Shown: positions 47,272 through 55,718 of the stretch, piece after piece
Layout: each line of letters starts with the position of its first letter
Position numbering within the stretch: the stretch's first letter is position 1
Virus record (IMG/VR): IMGVR_UViG_3300037312_000330
Coordinates: 160,001 to 224,000 of that record
DNA: 64,000 nt
Origin: a virus
Taxonomy: Duplodnaviria > Caudoviricetes
Reading direction: 5' to 3' (one strand)
Notes under the pieces: model-generated
The model's database searches: none
What the model was told of the DNA's origin: nothing
The model's input: the letters and a program-made list of their open reading frames with translations, nothing else
Made by a program: the position numbers and the translations under genes

Positions 47272-48075
47272 TTATTCGTCCGGTGATTCGTCTTCGTGCA
47301 CTATCTTCAACGCGGCAGGTGGAATGTGTGTGTATGTCCACACGGCGTTTTCTTCTGCAGAGTCCTGGAAGAACTTTGTCCCCGGTCTACAGGAAGCTAC
47401 GTTGATCTCAAAGATCACAAGCGGCATGTTCATGTCGGCACCACCATAATAGAGCTTCTCTATACCAATGTCCTGGTTGAAGATATGGTACGCTAGTTCG
47501 CGTATCATTGGCATATCCATTTCTTTCAACAGGAACACACGAGGTGGGTACTTGAAGTCACTGTGTCGGCCGTCGTTTGTGCCTTTAGGAATAAGTCCCT
47601 TTCGGACTATCCTATCCTTGTTGTAGAACGGACTAAAGTGATAGAGTTTGGGTGGAGGTGTGACTTGTTCTTGATACTTGAGCGCTTCAAGAACGTATTT
47701 GCTACTTCTAGAGGCGACGAACCATCCGTGCTGATTGAACATCTTGTTCAACCATCGTTCTAGAACTTCTGCGCGAGTGTTTGCGTCCTGCCATTCCCAT
47801 ATCTCAAGCCCGAACAATTTGCGCGTCACGCCAGCCATCAGTTGTTCGAACGGAGCGCGTTGAAATGCGACGTGATCACTGAACTCGGCTAATTTCAGTC
47901 GATCTAGAAGGAAGTCTTGCCATTCCTCAAGCGACATGAAGTGATGGTCGACGTCTTCCTTCTTGCGCTTCTCTGTGAGAATGTTCTTCTTGATCCACCC
48001 TGTTAGCAGTTCAGCCACTTGCTGTGCCTTAATGCTCTTGCGCGTGGCACTTGTTACTCTGTTCTCTATTGACAT
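47272..48075 (-). CDS. Tpt1/KptA-like ADP-ribosyltransferase-fold protein with MSIENRVTSA signal
   Basis: C-domain LYHFS....IVRKGLIP..RVFL..VIFEI..AVWTYTHIPPAAL. Confidence 0.65.
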   Translation of the reverse strand: MSIENRVTSATRKSIKAQQVAELLTGWIKKNILTEKRKKEDVDHHFMSLEEWQDFLLDRLKLAEFSDHVAFQRAPFEQLMAGVTRKLFGLEIWEWQDANTRAEVLERWLNKMFNQHGWFVASRSSKYVLEALKYQEQVTPPPKLYHFSPFYNKDRIVRKGLIPKGTNDGRHSDFKYPPRVFLLKEMDMPMIRELAYHIFNQDIGIEKLYYGGADMNMPLVIFEINVASCRPGTKFFQDSAEENAVWTYTHIPPAALKIVHEDESPDE

Positions 48076-48081
48076 GATCGA

Positions 48082-48564
48082 TCAGAACAACTCGTCCGTC
48101 CAGCCCTTATTCTTGAGCCATTCAGGGGGTGGACGATCCAGATCGATGATCGGTGGAATCATTTCCACGTCAGGATTGGTGTGGTCGAGAGCAGCATACG
48201 GGTCTTCGTCATTGATGATGAGACCCGGGAGCTCACGTCCCTTATTAATCTCGACGATCTCATAGTCCACCCCCTCAGGCAGCCTGTCTAGGACTGCCAT
48301 TGGATCAGCCACGTCACTGTCAGAAGCGATCTTGTTGTCGTAGTCGATATAAACTCGGTACGTGTCGCAGTTCAGTATGTCTGGGACAAAAGTGACACTA
48401 GTCACGCCAGAGAACAGGGTAGCCAAATCAGCATTCGAGCCCACTGTCAACTGGATGCCACTCTTTCGTGCCAACCTATCCAACGTGAGGATGTCGCGGA
48501 GTACACGGTTCTTCACCATGGAGGTCCACGTATCGCTCACAAGACCAATTTTGAAGATCTCCAT
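48082..48564 (-). CDS. acidic hypothetical protein
   Basis: 160 aa; RBS AAGGA. Confidence 0.6.
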   Translation of the reverse strand: MEIFKIGLVSDTWTSMVKNRVLRDILTLDRLARKSGIQLTVGSNADLATLFSGVTSVTFVPDILNCDTYRVYIDYDNKIASDSDVADPMAVLDRLPEGVDYEIVEINKGRELPGLIINDEDPYAALDHTNPDVEMIPPIIDLDRPPPEWLKNKGWTDELF

Positions 48565-48573
48565 GGTTATTCC

Positions 48574-51057
48574 TTAGCCTTCGTCCTGCTCGTCTTCACC
48601 TTCATCGGATGGCTTTTCCTTTCCACCCTTGAAGCCCTTCTTATTTACAGGCTTTTGATCGGGCTCTTTTCCGGAAGGTGCTTCCTCGTCATCATCCTCG
48701 TCATCAGCATCTTCTTCGCCCGGGTCTTCGTCAGTACCGTCGTCGTCAGCTTCGTCTTCGTTCTCTTCACCGAGATCGGAGCTTTCGCCTTCGTCGTCCT
48801 CATCATTGTCGTCTTCCTCGTCCTTGTCGCTGCTATCTTCATCAGAGTCAGATTCGTCGACACCTTCGTCGTGCAATTCCTGCTCGCCGTCTTGGTTGTC
48901 GTCTTCCTCATCGTCATCTGTGTTCAGCAGCTCGTACAGACTGAGGCCATTGTACCCGTCGTCAGGACCGATATCACCTCCAAAGCCGTCACCGAGGTCA
49001 ACGTCAGGCTCTTCATCATCGAGGAAACCTTCGTCTGAGTCTAGGTCTTCAACGCCTTCTTCTTCAGAATCGTCTTCACCCTCGTCCTCATCGTCGTCTA
49101 CGCCATCGTCTTCCTCGTCATAGCCTTCGGTTCCGTCGTCACCGTCACCGCTATCGTCTTCGCTGTCGTTTAGATTTTCGCCGTCAGATTCTTCGTAATC
49201 GTCACCGGGACTGTCTTCCGAATCGTCTTCGTCTCCAGACTCGTCGTCAGCGTCTTCTTCATTGTCGTTTACTTCGTCTGAGTCGTCTTCGTCCGAGCTG
49301 GAGTCTTCAGAGTCGTCTCCGTCATCTCCTTCAGAATCCTCCTCCTCTCCAGATCCTCTTTCATCATCCGAGCTTTCTCCATCATCTGATGTATCTTGCT
49401 CGTCCTCGGAATCGTTCTCAGTGTCAGCATCGTCATCCCCATCGTCGTCTACAGAATCGTCGTCTACAGAATCGTCGTCTACAGAATCGTCGTCTACAGA
49501 ATCGTCGTCTACAGAATCGTCGTCTACAGAATCGTCGTCTACAGAATCGTCGTCCGATTCGTCCGATTCGTCCGATCCACTGTCAGAGTCCGAGTCCATC
49601 TGAGTGTCGGAATTGTCATCATCTTCCGAAGGGTCGCTGTCGTCTGAGTCAGATTCATCGGAGCTATCATCGTTCTCATCTGCATCTGAGCCATCTTCGT
49701 TGCTATCTTCTCCATCAGATCCTTCTGAATCGTCAGATCCGTCGTCATCTGATTCTTCATCATCTGATTCGTCTTCAGAATCGCTTCCGTCGTCACTTGG
49801 CTCCGATTCGTCGTCCTCGTCGTCTGAGTCGGATTCACTGTCCGAATCATCCGAGCTATCGTCGTCAGAATCTTCGTCCACACTGTCGGTGTTTTTGCCG
49901 TCATCACTGGAGTCATCTTCATCGTTGTTCTCCGAGCTGTCTTCGCCGTCGCTGTCTTCATCCGACAAGTCACCGTCCACATCGGACTGGTCTTCATCGT
50001 CGTCCAAATCATCGTCTTCTGGCGCGCTATCGTCAGAATCAGAATCTTCATCCGATTGCAACAACTTATCGACAGTGTTCATGTCTTCGTCACTGTCATC
50101 ATCGGAGTCATCATCGTCTGACTCGTCTGAATCGTCATCTGAGTCATCGTCATCGTCATCGGCACTCAGATCTAGCAGGTCGTCATCACCGTCTTCGCCG
50201 TCTTTGTCTTCTGGGTGCAGACCCTTAGCAGCTTTAATCCAAGCATCCTTCGGGATCTTTCCGCTACCGAGGTAGTCACCGAGGGCTTCGATAATCTTCT
50301 GGAGCATCACATCGTCAACGTCTTGACCACCGGCATCATCAGCCAGTTCGAGACGCCTAGCAATCACGCGATTGATTGCAGAATGTTCTATACCTTGAAC
50401 TGCTTCTGTTCCGAGACCAACCAGTCCGTGCGAAAGTGCTTTGGTAATACCATCCTTGGCAACGTCGAAAGCAACGTGACGGAGCGCCAGAACCACACCA
50501 TGAGCCAATCCGCCCATGATTGCAACACCGGCAGTCGCGGCTAGTGCATCAGCAACTAGAGCCTTTACGGCATGCTTATCATGTTCTGTCAGAGGCTGGC
50601 GTTTGAGCAGTTTCTTGAAACCAACTACTCCGTCTTTCCACTCTTTCACCTGATGCTTCAGCATCTTGGCAATGGTGCCAGACTTCTTCTTCACATGGTG
50701 CGCCAGTTTCTTCCGTTGTGGCGAGTTCGGTTTGTCGCCACCAGATTGGAAGAACTTCTGCACATCAGGGTGCGTACCGTTCAAATGCTTCTTGACATCA
50801 GGATCGTGCTTCAACAGATCGGGATGTTGTTGCTTTTCCTCGTGATCTTGCAGACTCTTGTGAGAAGGACGTGTCTCACGAGCCTGCTTCATTTTCTCGT
50901 GAATTTCTTTAGCCTTCTTACTGTCTGGGTGTTCAGAAAGATATTCAGCCTGACCCTCAGGACTGAGCTCAGCCCACCAATCGGCCGTCTCAAGCTGGCG
51001 TCCACTCATCTGGTTGACAGCCACAAGACGGTCTCGAACGTTTGTCTTGTATTCCAT
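48574..51057 (-). CDS. 827-aa protein with about 520-aa Asp/Glu/Ser-rich disordered region
   Basis: Folded-looking N-terminal ~280 aa (WWAELSPEGQAEYLSEHP), then a polyacidic tract; immediately downstream of the portal gene. Confidence 0.8.
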   Translation of the reverse strand: MEYKTNVRDRLVAVNQMSGRQLETADWWAELSPEGQAEYLSEHPDSKKAKEIHEKMKQARETRPSHKSLQDHEEKQQHPDLLKHDPDVKKHLNGTHPDVQKFFQSGGDKPNSPQRKKLAHHVKKKSGTIAKMLKHQVKEWKDGVVGFKKLLKRQPLTEHDKHAVKALVADALAATAGVAIMGGLAHGVVLALRHVAFDVAKDGITKALSHGLVGLGTEAVQGIEHSAINRVIARRLELADDAGGQDVDDVMLQKIIEALGDYLGSGKIPKDAWIKAAKGLHPEDKDGEDGDDDLLDLSADDDDDDSDDDSDESDDDDSDDDSDEDMNTVDKLLQSDEDSDSDDSAPEDDDLDDDEDQSDVDGDLSDEDSDGEDSSENNDEDDSSDDGKNTDSVDEDSDDDSSDDSDSESDSDDEDDESEPSDDGSDSEDESDDEESDDDGSDDSEGSDGEDSNEDGSDADENDDSSDESDSDDSDPSEDDDNSDTQMDSDSDSGSDESDESDDDSVDDDSVDDDSVDDDSVDDDSVDDDSVDDDSVDDDGDDDADTENDSEDEQDTSDDGESSDDERGSGEEEDSEGDDGDDSEDSSSDEDDSDEVNDNEEDADDESGDEDDSEDSPGDDYEESDGENLNDSEDDSGDGDDGTEGYDEEDDGVDDDEDEGEDDSEEEGVEDLDSDEGFLDDEEPDVDLGDGFGGDIGPDDGYNGLSLYELLNTDDDEEDDNQDGEQELHDEGVDESDSDEDSSDKDEEDDNDEDDEGESSDLGEENEDEADDDGTDEDPGEEDADDEDDDEEAPSGKEPDQKPVNKKGFKGGKEKPSDEGEDEQDEG
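49441..49554. repeat. perfect 15-bp tandem repeat, 7.6 copies (SVDDD x7)
   Basis: ATCGTCGTCTACAGA x7 plus 9 bp, with no synonymous variation. Confidence 0.95.
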
Positions 51058-51066
51058 GTGTTCCTC

Positions 51067-53052
51067 TTACACCAATTTGGGGACTCGACCACCGTTCATG
51101 GCCTTGACGCGACGCAATACTTCGCGACGCTTGTCTGGATCTTGCAACGCAACCATTGCTTTCACAATACTGTGATTCAGCTTGTCGCGTGCTGCCTTCT
51201 GCATGTGCTGTGGGATTGCTTTGCGCTTTCCAGTCTTGGTTCGTGCGGAGACTTCGTTATCCCGTTCAAACTGGCGCGCTAGTAGAGGCACCTTCTTCAG
51301 ACGACCAGCAGCCGTTAGTGCTGCCATCAGCATACGTGCTTCTTCCTTTTCGTCGGTGCCACCGAATCCGGCACCAGAACTCATGTCTGCTGGTTTCGTC
51401 TTCTTGGGAGTGGTGTCTTCATCGTCATCATCGTCGTCGAAGCTACTGGAGCTATCGTCGTCACCATCGGCGCCACCGCCCCAATCACCGCCACCACCGC
51501 CGTCTGCACCACCTACGCTGTCCGGGTCACCGGGTTGTGCGACACCAATCTGATCTTCTGGAAGACCAGACAGTTTAGCAAGTTTCTCCTTGATCAGCTT
51601 GTCCTGTTCCAAGTCTTGGTACAGAGTGTTCAGATCTACCTTCGCAGCAGCCGCCCACATGCGAAGAGGAATAGGGAAACCTTTCTCGCTGAGAGAAGTC
51701 AGAAGTTCCATCATGGATTCTTCTGGCTTGACTTCCAGCCGCTTGTGCCATCGCACAGTCGGGATGTCCAGGTCGTGGTGGTTCGACAACTGGAACTGCA
51801 TCCGCTTACGGCTCTCAGTGTCTACTTGCTTTCCCGGCTTGAAGAAGTCATTAGCAACCGCAACGATCGGGAAGATCTTGTTTGTCAGGATCTCATACGT
51901 CATGTTGGAGCGTAGCGTATCTGTGTTCTCCATGAACACGGACATGCCGGTTTCCACGTTCGAGTACGTGCTGTCACCAGACAGGAACGCCTCACTGATG
52001 CCGAGGGCACGCAGCTTGAACGGCGTCAGCGTGTCGATGTTGTCGGTCCATTTCCAGAAGTCACCGCCTTGGCGCACTTCCTGCACTTGCACGTTGTTCC
52101 GTGTACCAATGATGGCACCAAGGGGATCCTGGTCGCCCATCTGGAATTGGTTTACGGTTTCAGCCATTTCTTCTGGCGTGAACTCGTGCAGATCGTCGCC
52201 CATCGCAATGTGCAACATCGAACGCTGGCGACGTTGAGCCTCCACGAGTGTTCCGCGATAGAGAGTGCGCTCTATCAAATACACTGGAAGCATGCGCTTC
52301 AGCCAGCTAATCGGCTCAGCTCCTGGAATCGTGCGACGCGCAACATACAAAGCAGTCAGCGGATCGAGCTCAAATGCTGGCTCTTGGAGCACTTGCAACA
52401 GAGACGGCGGAAGCATCTGGCGCATTGCTCGTGCTTGCCTGCTCTGAGATGTGATGAACTTGCGCAGCATCTCATTGGTCTTGACGGTTATCGTCGGATC
52501 AAGACCCATGAACGCAGTGTGCTCGACACGACAATCATCAACCGGGTAGTTTATCAGATCGATGAATACCTTGTCACGCTGATTGAAGATCAGCGACGAG
52601 CAATACTCACCATCGACCAGAAACCCTAGAGTGACCTGCGGCATCAACTGTCGGATATTCAGTCTCACCATCGACTCTGTGTACTTGTCGATGCGATTCT
52701 GTTCAACGCCAGTCAATGTGTATTCCGAATACGGGAAAGTGGAAAGCATGTCTGCTGCACTGCCACCAACTGCATCGTAATAGTAGATGTCGCGGTAGAA
52801 CTTACGTAGGACCTGCTCGTTCTGTGGGATAAGACCCGACAGCAGACCCATCTGCGGAATGAAGCCACCGCTGGTGACCTGCAGACTGGAGTTACCGGCG
52901 TTGAAGCCAAGACCCAGACCAGCAGCACCACCGTAGATGAAAGCTTCTTCCTTAGCACTGGAACGCACGGTTGTCCTGCGAGGACGCTCTTGCGCGCGAG
53001 TGCTTGTCATTCGTTTTCCCGTTACACTGTAACGGCGTCCTTCTGAGAACAT
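51067..53052 (-). CDS. portal protein
   Basis: 661 aa near terL; YRDIYYYDAVGGSAADML, portal-like helical pattern, WLKRMLPVY; acidic/Gly C-terminal insert. Confidence 0.7.
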   Translation of the reverse strand: MFSEGRRYSVTGKRMTSTRAQERPRRTTVRSSAKEEAFIYGGAAGLGLGFNAGNSSLQVTSGGFIPQMGLLSGLIPQNEQVLRKFYRDIYYYDAVGGSAADMLSTFPYSEYTLTGVEQNRIDKYTESMVRLNIRQLMPQVTLGFLVDGEYCSSLIFNQRDKVFIDLINYPVDDCRVEHTAFMGLDPTITVKTNEMLRKFITSQSRQARAMRQMLPPSLLQVLQEPAFELDPLTALYVARRTIPGAEPISWLKRMLPVYLIERTLYRGTLVEAQRRQRSMLHIAMGDDLHEFTPEEMAETVNQFQMGDQDPLGAIIGTRNNVQVQEVRQGGDFWKWTDNIDTLTPFKLRALGISEAFLSGDSTYSNVETGMSVFMENTDTLRSNMTYEILTNKIFPIVAVANDFFKPGKQVDTESRKRMQFQLSNHHDLDIPTVRWHKRLEVKPEESMMELLTSLSEKGFPIPLRMWAAAAKVDLNTLYQDLEQDKLIKEKLAKLSGLPEDQIGVAQPGDPDSVGGADGGGGGDWGGGADGDDDSSSSFDDDDDDEDTTPKKTKPADMSSGAGFGGTDEKEEARMLMAALTAAGRLKKVPLLARQFERDNEVSARTKTGKRKAIPQHMQKAARDKLNHSIVKAMVALQDPDKRREVLRRVKAMNGGRVPKLV

Positions 53053-53055
53053 GAT

Positions 53056-53415
53056 TTAGATTGGTGTTGGATCGCGAAGTGGCATTACTACGGAATGCTG
53101 CATACAGACGTGGACAGGAATACCATTAGCAGACGACAGACGCATCTGTGTGCCGCACGACGGACATGCGCCTTCCACCACGTTTTCCACGCGAGCAGTG
53201 GTCTGAGTCTTTGCGTAGACTGCAGATGCACTGGCATACTTATGGCCGTTCTCGCAGATGTCGTTACCGTTGGGACGCTTCTCGCGCATCTTTCCTGCAG
53301 CACCGCACTCTGGACAGTTTCCGTATGGCGAAGCCTTTTCGCCAGTGGCAGTAGCCGATTCTGTCTTCGGATGTTCTTTCATCACGTCTGGGATAATGCG
53401 CTGAACTGGCATCAT
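53056..53415 (-). CDS. double zinc-ribbon protein
   Basis: CPECG..CENGH and CPSCG..CMQH. Confidence 0.65.
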   Translation of the reverse strand: MMPVQRIIPDVMKEHPKTESATATGEKASPYGNCPECGAAGKMREKRPNGNDICENGHKYASASAVYAKTQTTARVENVVEGACPSCGTQMRLSSANGIPVHVCMQHSVVMPLRDPTPI

Positions 53416-53429
53416 TCTCTCCTGAATAT

Positions 53430-53444
53430 TGTCACATCAAATTA
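53430..53444 (-). promoter_or_regulatory. TAATTTGATGTGACA candidate late promoter
   Basis: Overlaps the terL stop; upstream of the Zn-ribbon and portal genes. Confidence 0.5.
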
Positions 53445-55685
53445 ACTGCGTCCAACTCGAACCACAGCAGAATTCTTGCTTACGTGTGGACGTCCGTCGC
53501 TCAACATGCGTGTGGCGGTGCTTCCAATCGCATATGTATGAACTGGATTACTGACCATTCCCGCAGGAGTACTTCGACCCCCAGCAATAGCGCCAGTCAA
53601 ACGTGGTCGTGTCACCAACGCACTCATGCGCAAGATTTCCGGCTTGATTTTGTCGTCCAGAATTCGAGACACACCGAGCACCAGAGCACGGAAAATATCG
53701 TCCGTGTATCCGTCGCCCTTTGTCACTGTCTTGCCCATGTCCTTAACAGTAATCATCTGGAACAACAAGTGTGCAACAGGTTTTCCAAGGAAATATTCCG
53801 GATAGCTATCTACACGACGGATCTTGTCGCTATCCATTTCCAATTTTGGCAGGATAAGTTTCCCTTCCTCTGCATATGACTTTGTTTGGACGAAGTCCGC
53901 GTATCGTACGCTGTATTGATCGGCAACCAGCTTCTCGGCAGCGAAGTCTTCCATCGCAGTATCGAGCGTAGTGATCGAGTTCCAACGGTCAGCAAACAAG
54001 TAACGCACATTGAAATCCTTTATCAGAGGTTTCAGCACGTTCTTGTAGATCATCGGATAGTGGAGCTTGTGACCCTTACGTGGTTGGATTTCGAGCACCA
54101 CGGGTACGTTTACGACAATGCTCTCTTTCTTTCCGACTACCAACTCTTGGAGTTGCAAGATAGTAACCGCAAAGCTGTTGTTCGTCAATCCGGCATCCAA
54201 CGACATCAGGCTTGCTGGACACGGGGCCGGTGGGCCACTCGCTTCTATCTTTCCACCTTGACGCATCAGATTGTTGATGCGTTTGGTCATAGACACGACA
54301 GATGCACGATTCGGACCCACAAACGCACGCTCGGCGTCTTCCTGCATGATGAACGCAGCCGCGTTCAGTGGAGGATTGGCACCATAGTCTCGTTCGGCAG
54401 CAACTGGATCCTTGCGATAAGCGTTGACAATACGCTTCGAGGTACGAGGAAGGAACGGACTGATTTCCCACGTTGGAAGCCGAAGCGCCAAGTTGGTGTC
54501 GCTGTCCTTGTTCTCTTCTACTAGACGCGTGATCTTGTCGGCCTGACTGGACGGCGAAGATACGTTGATCGCGTAAGCCTGCAGGAATCGGTTGTGTCCT
54601 CTGGAATATAGGTGGCTGAATTCTTCACGTAGCGTAAGGAGAGAACGGTCCAAAGCATCGTACACACCGTCGGCGTTAGCACGTTCACGTCCGTCTTCAT
54701 CGTTAGGATTACCACCCTTCTTGACTGCTTCTGCAATCGGGAACCAACCAAGTTCGTCGATACATGAGAGCCATCGTGTGCGTCCACGAAGACCTCGTTT
54801 CGACGGGCCCATTGGTGCCATTTCCAGATTCTTGTGGGCGTACCGCAGATACTCGTCTTTCTGGCGATAGAACTCCATACCATGAAGTTCACCATAGTGA
54901 TCGAGCATCTTGTGATATTCAGTGAACCAGGGACTGTCGTTAATCGCATCAATCACTGGTTTCCACAGAAGCATTGCAGCGTCTGAGAATCGGAAACCAA
55001 CGAACGTGGCTACCAATGGAGTCGCCGATGATACGCCGCGACAGATACCTGCCAGACGCGGATACATCAAATATTTGTGAGTCAGATATTCGGTTCCAGC
55101 AGCGGTAGTCGTCGACTTACCAGCTCGCTGACCAATACACAGATTCATTTCAACGTATTCGTTGATCTCCCTTTGACGTATGAACTCGTGCTTCTGACCT
55201 CCACATCGTGGACACTTCCCATATTCCAGTAGCTGAACATGGTTAATCATTTCGTGACCGTCAAGGTCAACCGGGATGTTGAGGATACTCTTGATTCGTG
55301 GTTTGGGAGTGCAGCGAGGGCACATTTCGCCGAACAGGCTCAGCATCAACCACATTTGCCGGCTGAACGGGAACTTGGCGTCTGGTCCACGGAAGCTAGT
55401 GCAGAACTCGAAGAAGTTCTTTGCTTCCTTGAAATCACCTTCCGGCAGCTTGATATCGCGCGGAACGCCAGTCAGTGGGTCGATGGCCTTACCCACGAGT
55501 TTGACCAGATCGAACTCGCTTTCTTCCTCGATCCTGTCGAAAGGATCGTAGTCGTCTGGTCTATTTGAGAAATCCATATCAGAACCAGGATCCTCGTTTA
55601 CGCCAAACAAATTATTGACGTAACTGTGGACCCGGTCCTCGATATTTTGCTTCTTAGCCTTCTTCTTTATGCCGTCTGTTGCCAT
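53442..55685 (-). CDS. terL: terminase large subunit
   Basis: GQRAGKST Walker A, CIDELG Walker B, VSS; nuclease SLDAG, ADRWNS, DDIFRA. Confidence 0.9.
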   Translation of the reverse strand: MATDGIKKKAKKQNIEDRVHSYVNNLFGVNEDPGSDMDFSNRPDDYDPFDRIEEESEFDLVKLVGKAIDPLTGVPRDIKLPEGDFKEAKNFFEFCTSFRGPDAKFPFSRQMWLMLSLFGEMCPRCTPKPRIKSILNIPVDLDGHEMINHVQLLEYGKCPRCGGQKHEFIRQREINEYVEMNLCIGQRAGKSTTTAAGTEYLTHKYLMYPRLAGICRGVSSATPLVATFVGFRFSDAAMLLWKPVIDAINDSPWFTEYHKMLDHYGELHGMEFYRQKDEYLRYAHKNLEMAPMGPSKRGLRGRTRWLSCIDELGWFPIAEAVKKGGNPNDEDGRERANADGVYDALDRSLLTLREEFSHLYSRGHNRFLQAYAINVSSPSSQADKITRLVEENKDSDTNLALRLPTWEISPFLPRTSKRIVNAYRKDPVAAERDYGANPPLNAAAFIMQEDAERAFVGPNRASVVSMTKRINNLMRQGGKIEASGPPAPCPASLMSLDAGLTNNSFAVTILQLQELVVGKKESIVVNVPVVLEIQPRKGHKLHYPMIYKNVLKPLIKDFNVRYLFADRWNSITTLDTAMEDFAAEKLVADQYSVRYADFVQTKSYAEEGKLILPKLEMDSDKIRRVDSYPEYFLGKPVAHLLFQMITVKDMGKTVTKGDGYTDDIFRALVLGVSRILDDKIKPEILRMSALVTRPRLTGAIAGGRSTPAGMVSNPVHTYAIGSTATRMLSDGRPHVSKNSAVVRVGRS

Positions 55686-55705
55686 TTGATTTTACCTTCT
55701 TGGGG

Positions 55706-55718
55706 TGACACATCAAAA
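55706..55718 (-). promoter_or_regulatory. TATTTTGATGTCA candidate late promoter
   Basis: Directly upstream of terL; overlaps the upstream stop. Confidence 0.5.

Noticed and set aside
49441-49554. Repeat array as CRISPR
   Set aside because: Head-to-tail 15-mers with no spacers, in frame within a CDS.
48645-50275. Multiple overlapping ORFs (RRLQN repeats, poly-Ser) across the acidic gene
   Set aside because: Alternative-frame by-products of the D/E codon repeats.
53442-55685. Cargo tag in terL (NIEDRVHS near the N-terminus)
   Set aside because: Not at the N-terminus and terminase is normally not retained in heads; likely chance.
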